In this document: positions 40,335 to 54,000 of the stretch, piece after piece
How the letters are laid out: each line of letters begins with the position of its first letter
How positions within the stretch are numbered: position 1 is the stretch's first letter
From: Lytechinus pictus
Lineage: Eukaryota
NCBI RefSeq assembly: GCF_037042905.1
Contig: NC_087252.1
Location: 6,388,001-6,452,000 of the forward strand
Direction of reading: 5' to 3'
DNA: 64,000 bases
The notes under the pieces: model-generated
Database searches by the model: none
Told to the model about the DNA's origin: nothing
The model's input: the letters and a program-made list of their open reading frames with translations, nothing else
Made by a program: the position numbers and the translations under genes

Positions 40335-42478
40335 CGTGATTATCAATGAAATGCATAAGCGGTGCGGCGCTCATTAATCATGCATGCGTATTGCTCTGAA
40401 AGCGCGCGCATTTGGGCACACTGATGAATATTCATAACATACAAAACGTCATCATAGTAGTGTAAATTTGCAGTCTCGTTAATACTGAAGCTTGCTAGAA
40501 TCCTTTCAGTTGAGTATACTATGTACTATTATCCACCACTCAACTGAAACTCGTATGTAAAATCACAAAGGTAACTCAAACTCAGTATCAGAACCATAAT
40601 GTGCTGCTGCTGATCATGTTTTATTTTTTAACCTGTAAATAAATCAAATAGAAATGATTGAGATTTGAGAATATGACAAAGCTTTGCATTTATTTAGGTG
40701 AACATGTGAAAGAGTTTCATGCAAGGCTTCATGTAAATACAATGAGTGAGTTGATGATCATGTCGCACTTATTATTTTGTTGTATGTTCAAACAAACAAA
40801 ACAAACTTTTTTTAGGTAAAACTTTTCGCCCACAGCATTGCTACATGATAATTCTGATCCCTTTGAGAATAATATCATATCAGCATCTTTTCTGAAGGAA
40901 TTAGTTTGAATTTGATATCCATCATGATTTTTTTTTTCAATCAGGAAAATTAAACACTACGTACAAATCTATAACGGATTGTAATTTCAGGATAATATAG
41001 TCTTAAATGGATGCTCTGGGCTGAGAATATTTATATCTAAATAAGAGTATCATTCACAGAGCAAAATGCTGAAAATTTCATCAAAATCGGATAACAAATA
41101 ACGAAGTTATTGAATTTTAAAATATATTATGTGAAAAGTTCTATTCACAGAATTTTGTCCTGCGAATTTTACTGTATTTAGTAAAATATTATCTTCTGGA
41201 GCATCCCAATAACCGTAATTTTACTTTTGCCTATAATCGCTATAGGCCTATGGCAGCTTCAAAATGAAAATAAAAATCACTCAACAAAATTTTTCGAACT
41301 GAGGATATTTTTGCATTAATTTTTCCTCAACCAAATATATCTTCTAGACTCTAGAGCAATTCCCTTAGCATATCCACGAACGAGAAAATATTACACGCAT
41401 TGACATACTAAGTAGTCTAAAGCAGTTTGTCAAATAGCAAAGTGTATGAATATAGAGACTAGCAAATATGGAGTACTATTGAATTCCAAGAGCATCCGAC
41501 CGTACCGTCATGGAATTTTCCGCAATCCTTGTGGGCGGTGCCACCGGTATACAAAATGTACCTAGCTATATATGCAAGGTTGCCAGTTGTACTACCAATC
41601 TACTTTAACTCAATCAAGCAATGTTATACTTGGCATGATTTACTAAACTTTTACAATAAATTTACACTTAGTTTGGAGGTTTTTAACGTGATAACAGTTT
41701 CTGCTTCGATTCGAGTGGTTTCCCGTATCGCTTATATTTATAAGTGCTTTAAAAAGTTATATTTTTTGTGAGTGCATGCAAACTAGGTTTGGGGTATATA
41801 CCTGCCAGGTCATATCAGAGGGGTACTCCAGATTGATAATAACAAAATTTGAACAGATATTTGCAGACAAATATCACAATCAGACCCCAATCAAATATGC
41901 CAGAGAAAAACAAAATTGTGAAATTTAAAAATTTTGCAACTAAAAAAGTACTTCGGTGAAACAGTTATATACACATCTTTATGAATATGCAATGAGCAGG
42001 GTGATGATGTCATATCCCAACTTATTCTTTTGTGTTTTTAATTATTAAACAGGAATTATATTTATTCAAAATTTGTCCACCAAGAATGAAAAAAAAATGG
42101 ATTAGTAATTGATTTCACAGTGAGATAATAATTCTTGCAAAAGAAGGGAGACATAATACTAATAACCATACACAAAAAGAAATAGGCCTTAATGTGTAAT
42201 GAGATACTAGTAAGAAAACGGAAACCTATAGTGTATTCATAAGCGTGTGTAAACTGTTTTCAGAAAATACTGCCAAACTTCTAACTTTATTATTATCAGA
42301 TTTTGATAAAAATTTAATTTTGCTCAGTGAATGCTATGTTAGCCTACTCTATTTATTTTTTCAACTTTGTTTCAGCCCTGAGTACAATGCTATTGGGAGA
42401 AAAGAAAATGTCATCTTAACTTGTGTGTGCATATTCGTCACCCCCCCCCCTCCCTGTGGTAATGGATATAAAATTTAA

Positions 42479-43081
42479 AGGTCAAGTCCACCTCAGAAAA
42501 ATGTTGATTTGAATCAATAGAGAAAAATCAGACAAGCACAATGCTAAAAATTTCATCAAAATCGGATGTAAAATAAGAAAGTTATGACATTTCAAAGTTT
42601 CGCTTATTTTTAACAAAATAGTTATATGAATGAGCCAGTTACATCCAAATTAGAGAGTCGATGATGTCACTCACTCACTATTTCTTTTGTTTTTTATTGT
42701 TTGAATTATACAATATTTCAATTTTTACGAATTTGACGATTAGGACCTCATTGCCTGAACCACAAAATGTTAAAATAATGGAATGCTACGTGCTCAGGGA
42801 GGAATGAAACTTCATTTCATATGACAATGACGAGAAAATCAAAATATTTCATATTTCATATAATAAAATACAAAAGAAATAGTGAGTGAGTGATGTCATC
42901 GGTTCCCTCATTTGCATACCGACAGGGATGCGCATATAACTGTTTTGTGAAATGAAGCGAAACTTTAAAATGTCATAACTTTCTTATTTTACATCCGATT
43001 TTGATGAAATTTTCAGTGTTATGCTCGTTGAATTTTTATCTTTTTATTCAAATCAAGTTTTTGTTGGGGTGGACTTGTCCT
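42479..43081. mobile_element. Kolobok-like MITE family C, TTAA TSD
   Basis: ttaa|AGGTCAAGTCCACC ... GGTGGACTTGTCCT|ttaa. Confidence 0.85.
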
Positions 43082-43733
43082 TTAAGAATGTTCCCATTTC
43101 TGGAAATATGTTAGTATGTTAGTTATAATGGCTGACATTATGAGCATCGATCCATGTTTTTTTTGGATTAGGAGGAGGCCTATATTGAATTTTAATGTTT
43201 AACAGTGTTTTATGCATACAGTATTTACCAATTCTCATATAATTTGCATTACAGTTATTTCGAATTTTTCGGGTTTTCAGAATATTATTAGGGGAGGGGG
43301 CACATCAATATGATTCCCCCTATATGCCCCTACTATTTTCGCCCCTGTCCTCTAGAATCGACGCCTTAGTATGTCATGGCAGTATGGGATGTGCCCCACC
43401 CCTTCTGTGATTTTTTTGGAGGGGGAGGGGGATAGGAAAATGTCGACCGTTTCCGTTGAAACATATTTTTCTTTGTTGCATTATTTTCAATGAGGCAAAT
43501 CGACGCATTCTACTCTTCCAGGATTTACCGTTTTTGTCAACGAATTGATTTTTTTTATGAGGGGCAATTTTAAACACCCTATCGGATATTTTTTCTTGGG
43601 GGTGGCAAGAAAACCCAATTCTCGTAAAACGACACTTTGTAGAATCACCACAGACCACATAATTTATGGGGGACCGAACTAAGACAACGTTCCTTTTTAC
43701 AAAATCATTAATTTCTACTTCTACATCTTTGTA

Positions 43734-43959
43734 CACTGTTGAAAATAATTTAGACAACGCTGTTTACTATGTGAATCGTACAGTACAGTTGTTTAAACAT
43801 TTTAAACAAGTGTTTAAAATCTTAAACCACAAAGTATAAATTCAAATATTTAATTATCAGTAATTTGAACAAGTGTTTAAGATTTTAAACACTTGTTTAA
43901 AAAAAAATTACTGTGCGATTCACATAGTAACAGCGTTGTTTACATTATTTTTAACAGTG
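43734..43959. mobile_element. CACTG-terminated hairpin MITE with TA flanks (CACTA/CMC-like)
   Basis: ta|CACTGTTGAAAATAAT ... ATTATTTTTAACAGTG|ta, with imperfect inverted arms of about 100 bp. Confidence 0.7.
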
Positions 43960-44126
43960 TACAATATTATTAGCATTCACTTGCGAAGCTACATTGTCGT
44001 AGATGGCGTAGTTTCTGGTATGCCAAATATTGCCATTTATTATGATTTTCGATTGCTTTTCTTACATGCCCCCAGTGCACGACTCGAGGGGTCGCGTCAA
44101 GAAATGCATCTTGTTGTCATTTTTAA

Positions 44127-44490
44127 AGGACAAGTCCACCCTTACAAAAAGTTGATTTGAGAAAAAAGAGAAATACCCAACGAACATATAACACTAAATT
44201 TTTTTATCAAAATCGGATGTTATTAGAAAGTTATGACATTTTAAATTTTGCTTAATTGCACAAAACAGTTATATGCACATCCTGGGGCCCGTAACTCAAA
44301 ACTTAGCAATGATCGTAGAACGATTGATTGCATTGACTACAATGTACAATCAATCGTAAAAATCAAGCGTACGGTACGATCAATTGTGTTAAAGGACCCT
44401 GGTCGGTTGCAAATGAGGGGACTAATGACATCACCAATAACTCACTATTTCTTTTGTATTTTATTATACAAAATATGAAATATTTTTAAA
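44127..44490. mobile_element. Truncated family C Kolobok-like element with a nested CTG-TSD MITE at 44285-44398
   Basis: ttaa|AGGACAAGTCCACC start. Host sequence gcacatc[ctg..insert..ctg]gtcgg matches the uninterrupted gcacatcttggtcgg at about 20464. Confidence 0.75.
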
Positions 44491-44680
44491 CGTATTTCTC
44501 TAACAAATTCATATGTTTGAAAACATTTGATAAATTCTGGTGTTGCTCCTTTCCAAAATAAATTCACTTTGTGGACCAAAATCTTTTCTCCATATCCATG
44601 CAAAGGTCGTTGATCTACCTCCTGACTTGGGATGAAGCAGAGAAATTCTGTCGGACATACACGGAGACCCCCACGTCACA

Positions 44681-45058
44681 CATGGATCTTGGAAGCACCC
44701 CCAAAAAGCACCCCAAAAATATTCGCAGGGGGTGCTGCTTGTATCATTGTCCATATATAGGCAGCACTCCCTGGAATTCTGGTAATTGTGTCAAATTGGG
44801 GAGAAAAGTATTGAAAATGAGGACCATTTTGTGTTGAAAACCTTCTATTGTGGGGGACGGGGGGGTTGGCTTGTCAAATATCCTGGGACAAAAACGATCT
44901 TAATTTCTTAGTAAAATCTTTTTTTTTTGCTTGTCAAAATAATTTCCTGGGACCAAAACGATCTTCATTTTGTAGTGGAAACTTTTTTTGATTTTTGTTT
45001 TTGCTTGTCAAATTCACTTCAGCACCCCAGCAAAAAAAAAATTGTTCCCAGTGCCCTG
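44681..45058. mobile_element. hAT-like non-autonomous element, 8-bp TSD
   Basis: ACGTCACA direct repeats at 44673-44680 and 45059-45066; CA...TG ends with a degenerate TIR. Confidence 0.65.
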
Positions 45059-45387
45059 ACGTCACATTGACACGATTGAAGAAGCATTCAAGGCAATTTT
45101 ATGATTTTGTGGCCACAATCGTTTATTTCTATTTATAAAGTGTTCAATTCAATTGAATTCTTGTTTTCATTTCCAAACAAACACAATACAAAGTAATATA
45201 GATCGGGTACAATTTTACATATGAACATTCTCACCTCGTAAATAAAAAAGTATAAATTGAGCATAAATGGAAATGTTAAAGCATATCATTTGACAGAATA
45301 AAAGTATCAACAGATTTACCTCGTGTCTGTATTAGCTGAACCACTCTTACAGACATCAGCTATATTCAATTTAATTCTATTCATGAC

Positions 45388-45829
45388 ATAAAAATGGCTC
45401 ATAAAATATATTACAATAAGATAAACATAGATACGTGAAAAACACTACTACGTACATATTGGGCATAACATAATATCCATTGAGATTCACGTCATTCTTT
45501 GAATACTGTCTCATTTCATAACAATTTTTGTAGATTACTTTTGGAAATACTAATGAGTTTGATGTGGATATTATTAGCATTTTCATAATGAAACAGTACT
45601 AAAATTACTTTATAAAATGGCTCATAAAATATATAACATTTAGATAAACATTAATACGTGAAAAACACTACTACGTACATATTGGGCATAACATAATATC
45701 CATTGAGATTGACGTCATTCTTTGAATACTGTCTTATCTCATAACAATTTTTGTAGATTACTCTTGGAAAATTAATGAGTTTGATGGGGATATTAGCATT
45801 TTCAATTACTATTTTACTTTATAAAATGG
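45388..45829. repeat. Tandem duplication, about 220-bp unit x2
   Basis: ataaaatggctcataaaatata...cactactacgtacatattgggcataacataatatccattgagatt occurs at about 45388 and 45612. Confidence 0.9.
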
Positions 45830-45869
45830 ATTCGCTGGTCCGCATGGAATGATTTATTATACTTATAGC

Positions 45870-46070
45870 CAGTGGCGTAGACAGGTTCGTACACCTGGGG
45901 GGGATGACTGGGCTGCCAACGCTAGTGAGGGCGCGAAGCGCCCGAGCGAGGGAGCGAAGCGACCGAGCGGGGGGAGGGTGTGGGAGGGGGGTGTCCCCCC
46001 TCCCACGGTAGGGAGCTTTTGCAATTTTGAACTTGAAATCGTGCAATCTGATGCATACTTAATGAGGTAA
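45870..46070 (+). mobile_element. Left end of a GC-rich CAGTGGCGTA-type (hAT-like) element, partial
   Basis: Begins CAGTGGCGTAG and contains gcgcgaagcgc/gagcgaagcgaccgagc and ggg...ccc hairpin motifs. A related end (caggggcgtagac) lies on - at about 47930-48037, just after the SLC5 stop. Confidence 0.5.
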
Positions 46071-46682
46071 AATAACACACACAAGCGCGCACGCACACAC
46101 ACACACATACTCACCCCCCACACACACGGGTGCGCGCACCACACACATACTACGCCTTGAATGGACAGACATACATCGACAAGATCTACACACCGTGGCA
46201 TACGAATACAGAATGGACTGACACATAGTATTGCATATTGAACCACACTACGTATTTATTTATCTCTGTGAATTTTGCTGTTACACCTCTTCAGAAAAAA
46301 AAACCAATGTCAACTGTGTACACGCAGGTATAGTCTTTGTTGTCTTGATATGGGTATGTGGTTATGAATGAAAATAGCCTCTGTGGCCATTTGTGAATAG
46401 AACACATAAACAACAAACAAATAACAATATGTCTGTTCATTATAAAGCATAATGAATACATACATACTATGCTTTTTTTTACCTCAAAGAAACAGGCATA
46501 GTATCCATAGATGGATATTGGCTGGCGGCTCATTAACATACAGATATAAAAAACATAAACAGTATCACTATGATCCATGGAGTAACAATACTGCTCTGTA
46601 AGTTTGTGAAGAAATCGGAACCATAACGGCATTGCATCGTTTCAAATTAGGGCATTATTTACTTCTATTTGATCTCAGTCTT

Positions 46683-46685
46683 ATA

Positions 46686-46777
<92 letters not shown>

Positions 46778-46812
46778 TAATACTAATACAAATAATAATG
46801 CTAATACTAATA
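46683..46812. repeat. (ATA)n microsatellite
   Basis: Direct reading of the sequence. Confidence 0.95.
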
Positions 46813-48040
46813 GGTTCCTTTTATCTCGCATTTCAAGACAGGGTAAATTCACACTGCGCTTTACATGAAACAAACTTCTTTAAACATTTCAAACTTATGT
46901 CTTCATGCATCAATCAACATACTTTAAATGAATACAAAACAAAGTGCATGTTAAATAAAACAAAAATAAATAAATAGTTAACAATACAGAAAAGATGTAG
47001 CTGCTGCAAGCTTAACAACAAACTAATGTATACCAGTCAGTCCTGATATCAGTATTAGTGTAACAATAGTCATATAGTGGGAGCATGAAGTTGAACAATT
47101 CATGATTATATATAATTATATATGTTTGTTTGAATAATACTTGTTATAAAGATAGTAGTATGGTACTCTCTGTCACGAATTATTATGTATACTGTTGTAT
47201 CACATTCATTTTCTATTCTGTTTTAGATTGCGCTGATGCATTTTGCACACAATGTATAATGCCTATAACACGAGTGGGCCAGACCACACATGTATTTCAA
47301 TAAAAACCGACTTGAGAAAATAACGTGCATATAAATATATAAATAAATAAATAAATTAATGCATATAATGTATATATATATGTATAAATATCATATACCT
47401 GTAATATAATCTGATATAGACTAATAAATAAATAAATAAATATAATACATATCATATATGAGAAGGTATTGCTAGTACTCGGTTCGTGCCTGAAAAGTAG
47501 TCTCGATGAAAAGAAAAAAGTTGTTGCTTCATTCCCATACCAAAACAGCTTGATTAACAGTTGCTAATCAGATAATAGAGACATGCGGTAAGTTGGTAAA
47601 CTTACTTAAGGAGCATTCATGGCTCAACAAACAAACATATCGGTCTCTTAGACAGTTTTACTTTTGTAGTCTTGCAAATTTGTGTTTTAGAAACCAAATA
47701 TCTTGCGCCCCTTTTCGTTCCTGCCCAGTAAATACTTGTAAGATTTTCTTTTTTTTACCGTCTGAATTGGCTTTCACCGTATGAATGCGGCTAATAACAA
47801 TAAACACAATTACAATAATGATGAGGATTATTATTATCATCATCATAATTATTATTATTATTAATATTATAATTGTTATCATTATTATTATTACTATTAT
47901 TATCATCATTATGACTTATTAAGTAACCAAATATCATTCCCCAAAACCTGGGGGGGATGATTGTACATGCCATCCCCCCCACCTTGTGAGGTGGGGGGGA
48001 TGCATCCCCCTCATCCCCCCCGTTGTCTACGCCCCTGCAG

Positions 48041-51000
48041 TTATAGCTTTGTATCTTCATAGCCGGTGTATTGTGTTCCCTTATCATTGGGTGGAATAGC
48101 TGATACTTCGTCATAACTTGGTGGAACGCTGTCTTCAGACTGCATAATAAAAAAATCAAAAGACATGTTCATTATAGACCTATGAAATGAAAGTGATATG
48201 GTCTACATATTCTTATCTCCGTCAAATGATATTCACTATACCTGACAGGGTTTATCTGCTTATAACGCGTTTTAAGGCGTTTATTGATCAATTCCACTTT
48301 GGTAGCATCACAAACGGATTGTGTTCATAAGTGAAGAATCCAGAACGAGTACTAATATTATTGTAAGAAAAAAGAAACAGCCAAAGTTGGAAGAAACCGG
48401 ACCAAGATTAAGGGAGTATAAAATTAATGTCTGAAAAACGAGATCGCCAAGAGTTCAAGACTATTAAAAATCTTTGATTTTTTAACCCTCGCTTCTTTTA
48501 ATTCACCGCGATATTCAAATATCGGTCTATATCTATTACAAAAAAAATAATGAGAGTATTATTTGCTTCGTTCATGTCGTTCGAACATCGGGAACCGAAT
48601 TTTCATACCCCCCCCCCAACATCGAAAGATTAGATAAATCGGATGACGGCCCTTATAGTTGGTCAATCATCCATACGCGATCATCAAATGACGCAACATC
48701 AGGTAAATCAGACCCAAACATTGTTGAACGGGTATATTTCACAAAATGCGAACCCTTTCTTTCAAAAACATGTCCCATGTGCTCTATCCAACGAAATATA
48801 GGGTTACCATGGTTGCGCGTTTCCCCGACGCGATGGTTCAGAGAAAGCCATATCATTCTAACCTTATAGGTATCATATTCAGAACCGTCGTTTCGGTTGC
48901 ATACGTCGTCATCAAGAGAATATCCAGACTGCTAAAGAGATTAAGAGTAACAGCTAGTGTTTATGCATGAAATTTTCCCCTATCTTAATCAAATATAATT
49001 CATTTCAATTCAATATCACATAAACGCCTATATTACCATGGGTATCTTTCAAAATAACGACAATGTGATCTTACAAATTAATTAGGAACCCTGAGCATTA
49101 TCAGACCAAATATGCCAAATGTGGTGATAATACAAAGTCTTTCCGTACACAAATTAAGAATAAATAACTTAATGACAGAAGTCGGTCTAGCCCGCCAAAA
49201 AAAAGCCATAGTTTTCCCATTATAGTCGGCATATTTCTTTAAAGGGATGTTCCGGGCTGAAAAGAATATGATTTAAACAGAAAGAGCAAAATCAGACAAA
49301 CAAAACACTGAAAATTTCATCAAAATCGGACAAGGAATATAAAAGTTATGGCATTTTAAATATTTGCATTATTCCGATGAAACAGTTCTGGGCACGTCTT
49401 TACGAATACTCATTAGGTGGGCTGATGATGTCATATCCACATTTGTTCTTTTGTATGTTATTATATGAAATTAGATTTATTCACATTTTGTCTACCAAGA
49501 ACTGAACAAATTGGATTGACAACTGATTTAGTACATTAGATATTCATGACTGCAACCTATTTCATTATAAAGGAGACACATTTATGAAAAAAATGAAACA
49601 ATTATGATTTCATGCAATAACATGAATAAAGAAAAGTGGGGATGTGACATCATCAGCCCACCTAATGAATATTCATGATGATGTGCACATTACTATTTTC
49701 ACAAAATATTGCCAAACTTTAAAATTCCATAACTTTGTTATCCAATTTTGATCAAATATTCAGCATTTTGCTTGTTTAATTTCTTTCATTTTATTTAGAT
49801 ATAAATATTTTCAGCCCGGAGCACCCGTTTAACATGCTTGCATGAAATGCTATTCTAGTTTAAATTAATTTCTCTTTTGACCAGTTCATATTTTTGTCTA
49901 GCCTATAAACTGATTTGTCCTGTCGTATTCGGGGTATTGGAAATTATGTAGAAATACTTTTCTTCCAGGAATCGATAATATATATTTATTTAACTTATAA
50001 ATATAGGGAAAAAAAACTTTCCTATATCTCATCCAATTTGATAAAAAAAAATCAGCATTTTTCTTCTTTAATTATATACATGATATATACTGTATATATT
50101 TTTTTTAAATATCCGTATTTGTTGGAGTGGACTTGGTATTTAGGATGATTAATCTTACCTCAATTCCATTTTCCTGACCTTTGACCTCAAATGGTTCATC
50201 CTTCACAAGTTCCTTCTGAAAGGGAATTTAGCATAAGACAGTATGTTACAGTCACACCAACGAAACAGATTCCAAACCGACCGATGGTATATGCCATTCA
50301 AAATAACTGAGGGCCTTTTCACACGTGAATCTTGGATCATCATTGTAATTATGATTGCTATTGTAATCGTGGCTGTGATTAGAGTTCGTGATTCTATCTA
50401 GTTTGGTTTCATACGTGCTAAATAATCGTCATTTTCCTTATTTTCACTGGAATCATCATTCAAATTACGTTTTTTTTTTGCCATGTGAAAAGGCGGTTAG
50501 TTATCTTAGTTGTTATGATTTTTCTTTTTTGTTTCCCCCCTTTTCTCTCCCTTTCCTTCTCTCTTCTTCTTATGCATCGTTTATGGGGGAGGGGGGGGGG
50601 GTGTGAAGCGTGCCTGAGTGGGTGTATGTGTGTTTTGTGTCTTTTATTATAACTTCATCAAATTAGTTTGATTATATATTGTAACTGATAAAAAAATTCA
50701 TGTTTAACTTGAGATTTATTTATATTATGTGTGCTTGCGTTTTTCTATAATTCTATTCTTAGATATTTCTAGAAGACCCTGTTCTGTATTACCACTCCCT
50801 TTGTAAACATAAATTGTCAAAGAAATGTGTATAGATTGAGTCTAAGTTTACTTTCTTTCTTAATAATCACGTTGAAATGTGTGTTAAAATGTTCATTCAT
50901 GAATCAGGAAGGTTGATAATTTCATGTTTTACATTGTTTTCACATGGTATGTATGTATGATGAGGAAGAAATTGAATATGGTTTTAAAACAAAAAAAGAA

Positions 51001-54000
51001 GTAGCTTTGGTCGGTCTGGGGCCCGTCTTACAAAGAGTTGCGATTGATCCGATCAATCACAACTATGGACAGCCAGCAACGTCAAAATCTAAAATGCATG
51101 TTCGTTCAAAATGTTTTCTAGATATGACGTAAATTACATAAATTCATTGTTTTCTTGACAATTTGTTGTGTTCGCCGTCGTTTACAAAGGACATTTTGAA
51201 AATTTTATGTAAAAAAAATATGACACTGATGGATAGAGTTACGATAGACTGGATCAATCGTAACTCTTTGTAAGACGGGGCCCTGAATTCGGATTCCTTG
51301 ATGTGGCTGTGGCATGTGAACACTGTCATGCTATAGGGGCAGCTTCGGCTTGATACTCCCTGATATTTGACAAAAATCGCACTATAGAATGAAAATAAAA
51401 TTATTTCATTCACCCCTTCGCCAACTTTTCAGAAGGAAATCGAATTTCGAAACTAGGGCTAGCATCCGGGGGGGGGGGGGGCACTTACATTGACGAGTGG
51501 ATACCATGCGCGACCAAAAAACACGTAAAAAGGATGTCTTTTTCAAGATAGGGCACGTTACGTACGTAACGTGATAAGGGTGTCAAAAACACAAAAATAA
51601 TGAAAAAAGGGTATCTATTTCGTTACGAAAGCTACGTGTTTAGGGTCAAAATTGCGGGGATGATAAAACAAAATTAAAATGTTTTATAAAGGATGTCCTT
51701 TTTGCTCCAACACTACGTGTTTAGAGTCCGATTTGCGAGACGTGTGGAAGGTAGAGCCGTTCTAAACCAAGTGATGTGTAAAAGTAACCGACGACCGACG
51801 GACCCGTGACATATCGCTGTACTTGTTTAGGGGTTCATTTCAGGGAATACTTGTCAAGAGTATCGTTTTGTTTCCAATACTTGTTAAGGGTAGGGTTTCA
51901 CACGCCAATACTTGTTAAGGGGTGCATTTTCAGAATATGGAAAATACGTGTTTAGGGTGCTTTTCGAGACCCCATGGTCGCGCATGGTATCCACTCGTCA
52001 ATGGAAGTGGCCCCCCGGGGCTAGCATGCAGTAACACATGCGAGACTTATGATTTCATATGAATTATATTTTTGTTTGTGTCTTCTTTATTCAATATTTC
52101 ATTAATCTTCCTTCGGTGAAAGGAAAACAGGAGAGTGCCAGTTATATTCATGAATTAATATAGACTATATCTCTATGTTATTTATAATTTGCTGTTCTTC
52201 GATTTGACTGGTGGCTTGACGTGCAGGAAGCTATTTGTCAGTTAATTTTGATAATTGACATATTCGAACAATTTGATGTCACGAGAAGAAATGATAAAGA
52301 ATATTATATATATATATATATATATAAAAAACAACCGAAACCGATTATAATTTACGGTCTGTTGAACTTACTTCGTCTGATTGGTAATGCTGCCCTACCC
52401 TACATCTGAATCGATCCTTCCAAGATGGAGGTAAGCAACAAAAGAACCAATCAGCGATCGGACTGATCAGAGCTGGATTTAACGTGCGTGGATCCGTCGC
52501 TCCTGAAAACGAACGGTCAAAACTTGTTTATATTTAATAACAGTCTAAATAACAATGACGAATGAAATATTTCTGATACAAGCAATTCCTGTATCTTTTT
52601 TCTTTTTGTTGTTTTCTTCTATAGTTTGTTGCAACAAAAGGGTAAACCTAAAACTGTGAAGATAAAAAAAAGTAATATTCAGGATGAATGTTATAGGAAA
52701 TTGATCAGACGGAACAATAAAACCTTTTAAGGCCACAAAAAGGGGAGAAATTAAAGAAGTTTGCGGCAAACCGACCAGCCCTCATGAAACCTGACGAATC
52801 TTATTTTTATAATCCTAATTGCCCCCCCCCCACCGAAATTATATATGACGATCGACCGTGATTTCTTTTAATATTTTTTTTTGTATTTTTCTATATAAAA
52901 AAATTACGTTTCGTATTTTTTTAATTGCAAATTGATTATTTCGAAATGTCCATGTCACTGAAGTGCTTCGTTTGATTTTTTTTCTTTTACGTTTTTTTAC
53001 GATGTGACACAAGAGAGCCCATGGAGCTTAAAATAGTATTATTTAAATATTAAATAAGCAATTAATTGAAGATACCTGTTAAGAAGCTAAATGATAATCC
53101 GAGAACAACAGTTATTAGGAAGCTATAGAATCCAAGCCAAATATAAGATAACTCATAAATTCCGAGGGTCTCTCGAGCAGGCCTGTGTGTTTGCAAACAG
53201 AAAAAAGTTTATGAATATAAAGAATGAATTGAATATTTTTATTTCTATACTTGTTTTAAATCACCTTTGTAATTTATTCTTTTTTTATTGAAATTATGAA
53301 AATGAATATGCATATAATTATATATAAAGTTATCTGTGCAAAAATATCGAAATTCGATAATTGTTTCTTTCTTTAGAACGATGAATTAGAAACATATATG
53401 AACTCTTGAATATACGTTTACATGGTATACGTGAAATGTTGATTCAATCAGCATATCCCCTAAGAAAGAGCCACATCACAAAGATTTCCATTGCTTGTAT
53501 TGTCACATAGTCTGTGACCAGGCATGTAATTCCGATAGAAACTCGACGGACTGACTTTTAAGATGCCAATACACACTTCTCTTCATTCTTACATTGTTGG
53601 ATCTACGGTTATCCTTTCAGGAGTTGTCTCTGTGATGCTCATCATCAAGGATGTCGTCGTCGTGTTCATTGACGGAGTAGCTGGGCAACCAGAGACATCG
53701 AGCGGGAGGAAGCCAGGATCTCTGGGATAGAGAATACCATCAACATAGGTTCCTATGCCAACCCAAAGACTCCAGGCAAGACCAGCGATGACTCCTACCA
53801 GAGTGCCCTGATGATAACAAAATGTATACCATATTATATCAGCTGTATTGGCCAAAGATTTAGTTTGCGTGCATGGTTGCAATGGCGGGGGGACGGTGCA
53901 CCGCGGTGGCGCCACAAATCAGGCAAGTGGTAGGGGGGCCATGGTAACAGATAAGAATACTGTTCGTACAGATGAAGGATGATTGTTACGTGTTGAGATA

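Noticed and set aside
46632..46873. Poly-Ile, poly-Val and poly-Asp/Gly ORFs here and at 47658-48159, 61786-62103, 18681-18931 and 62850-63335
   Set aside because: Translations of microsatellites or low-complexity intronic DNA.
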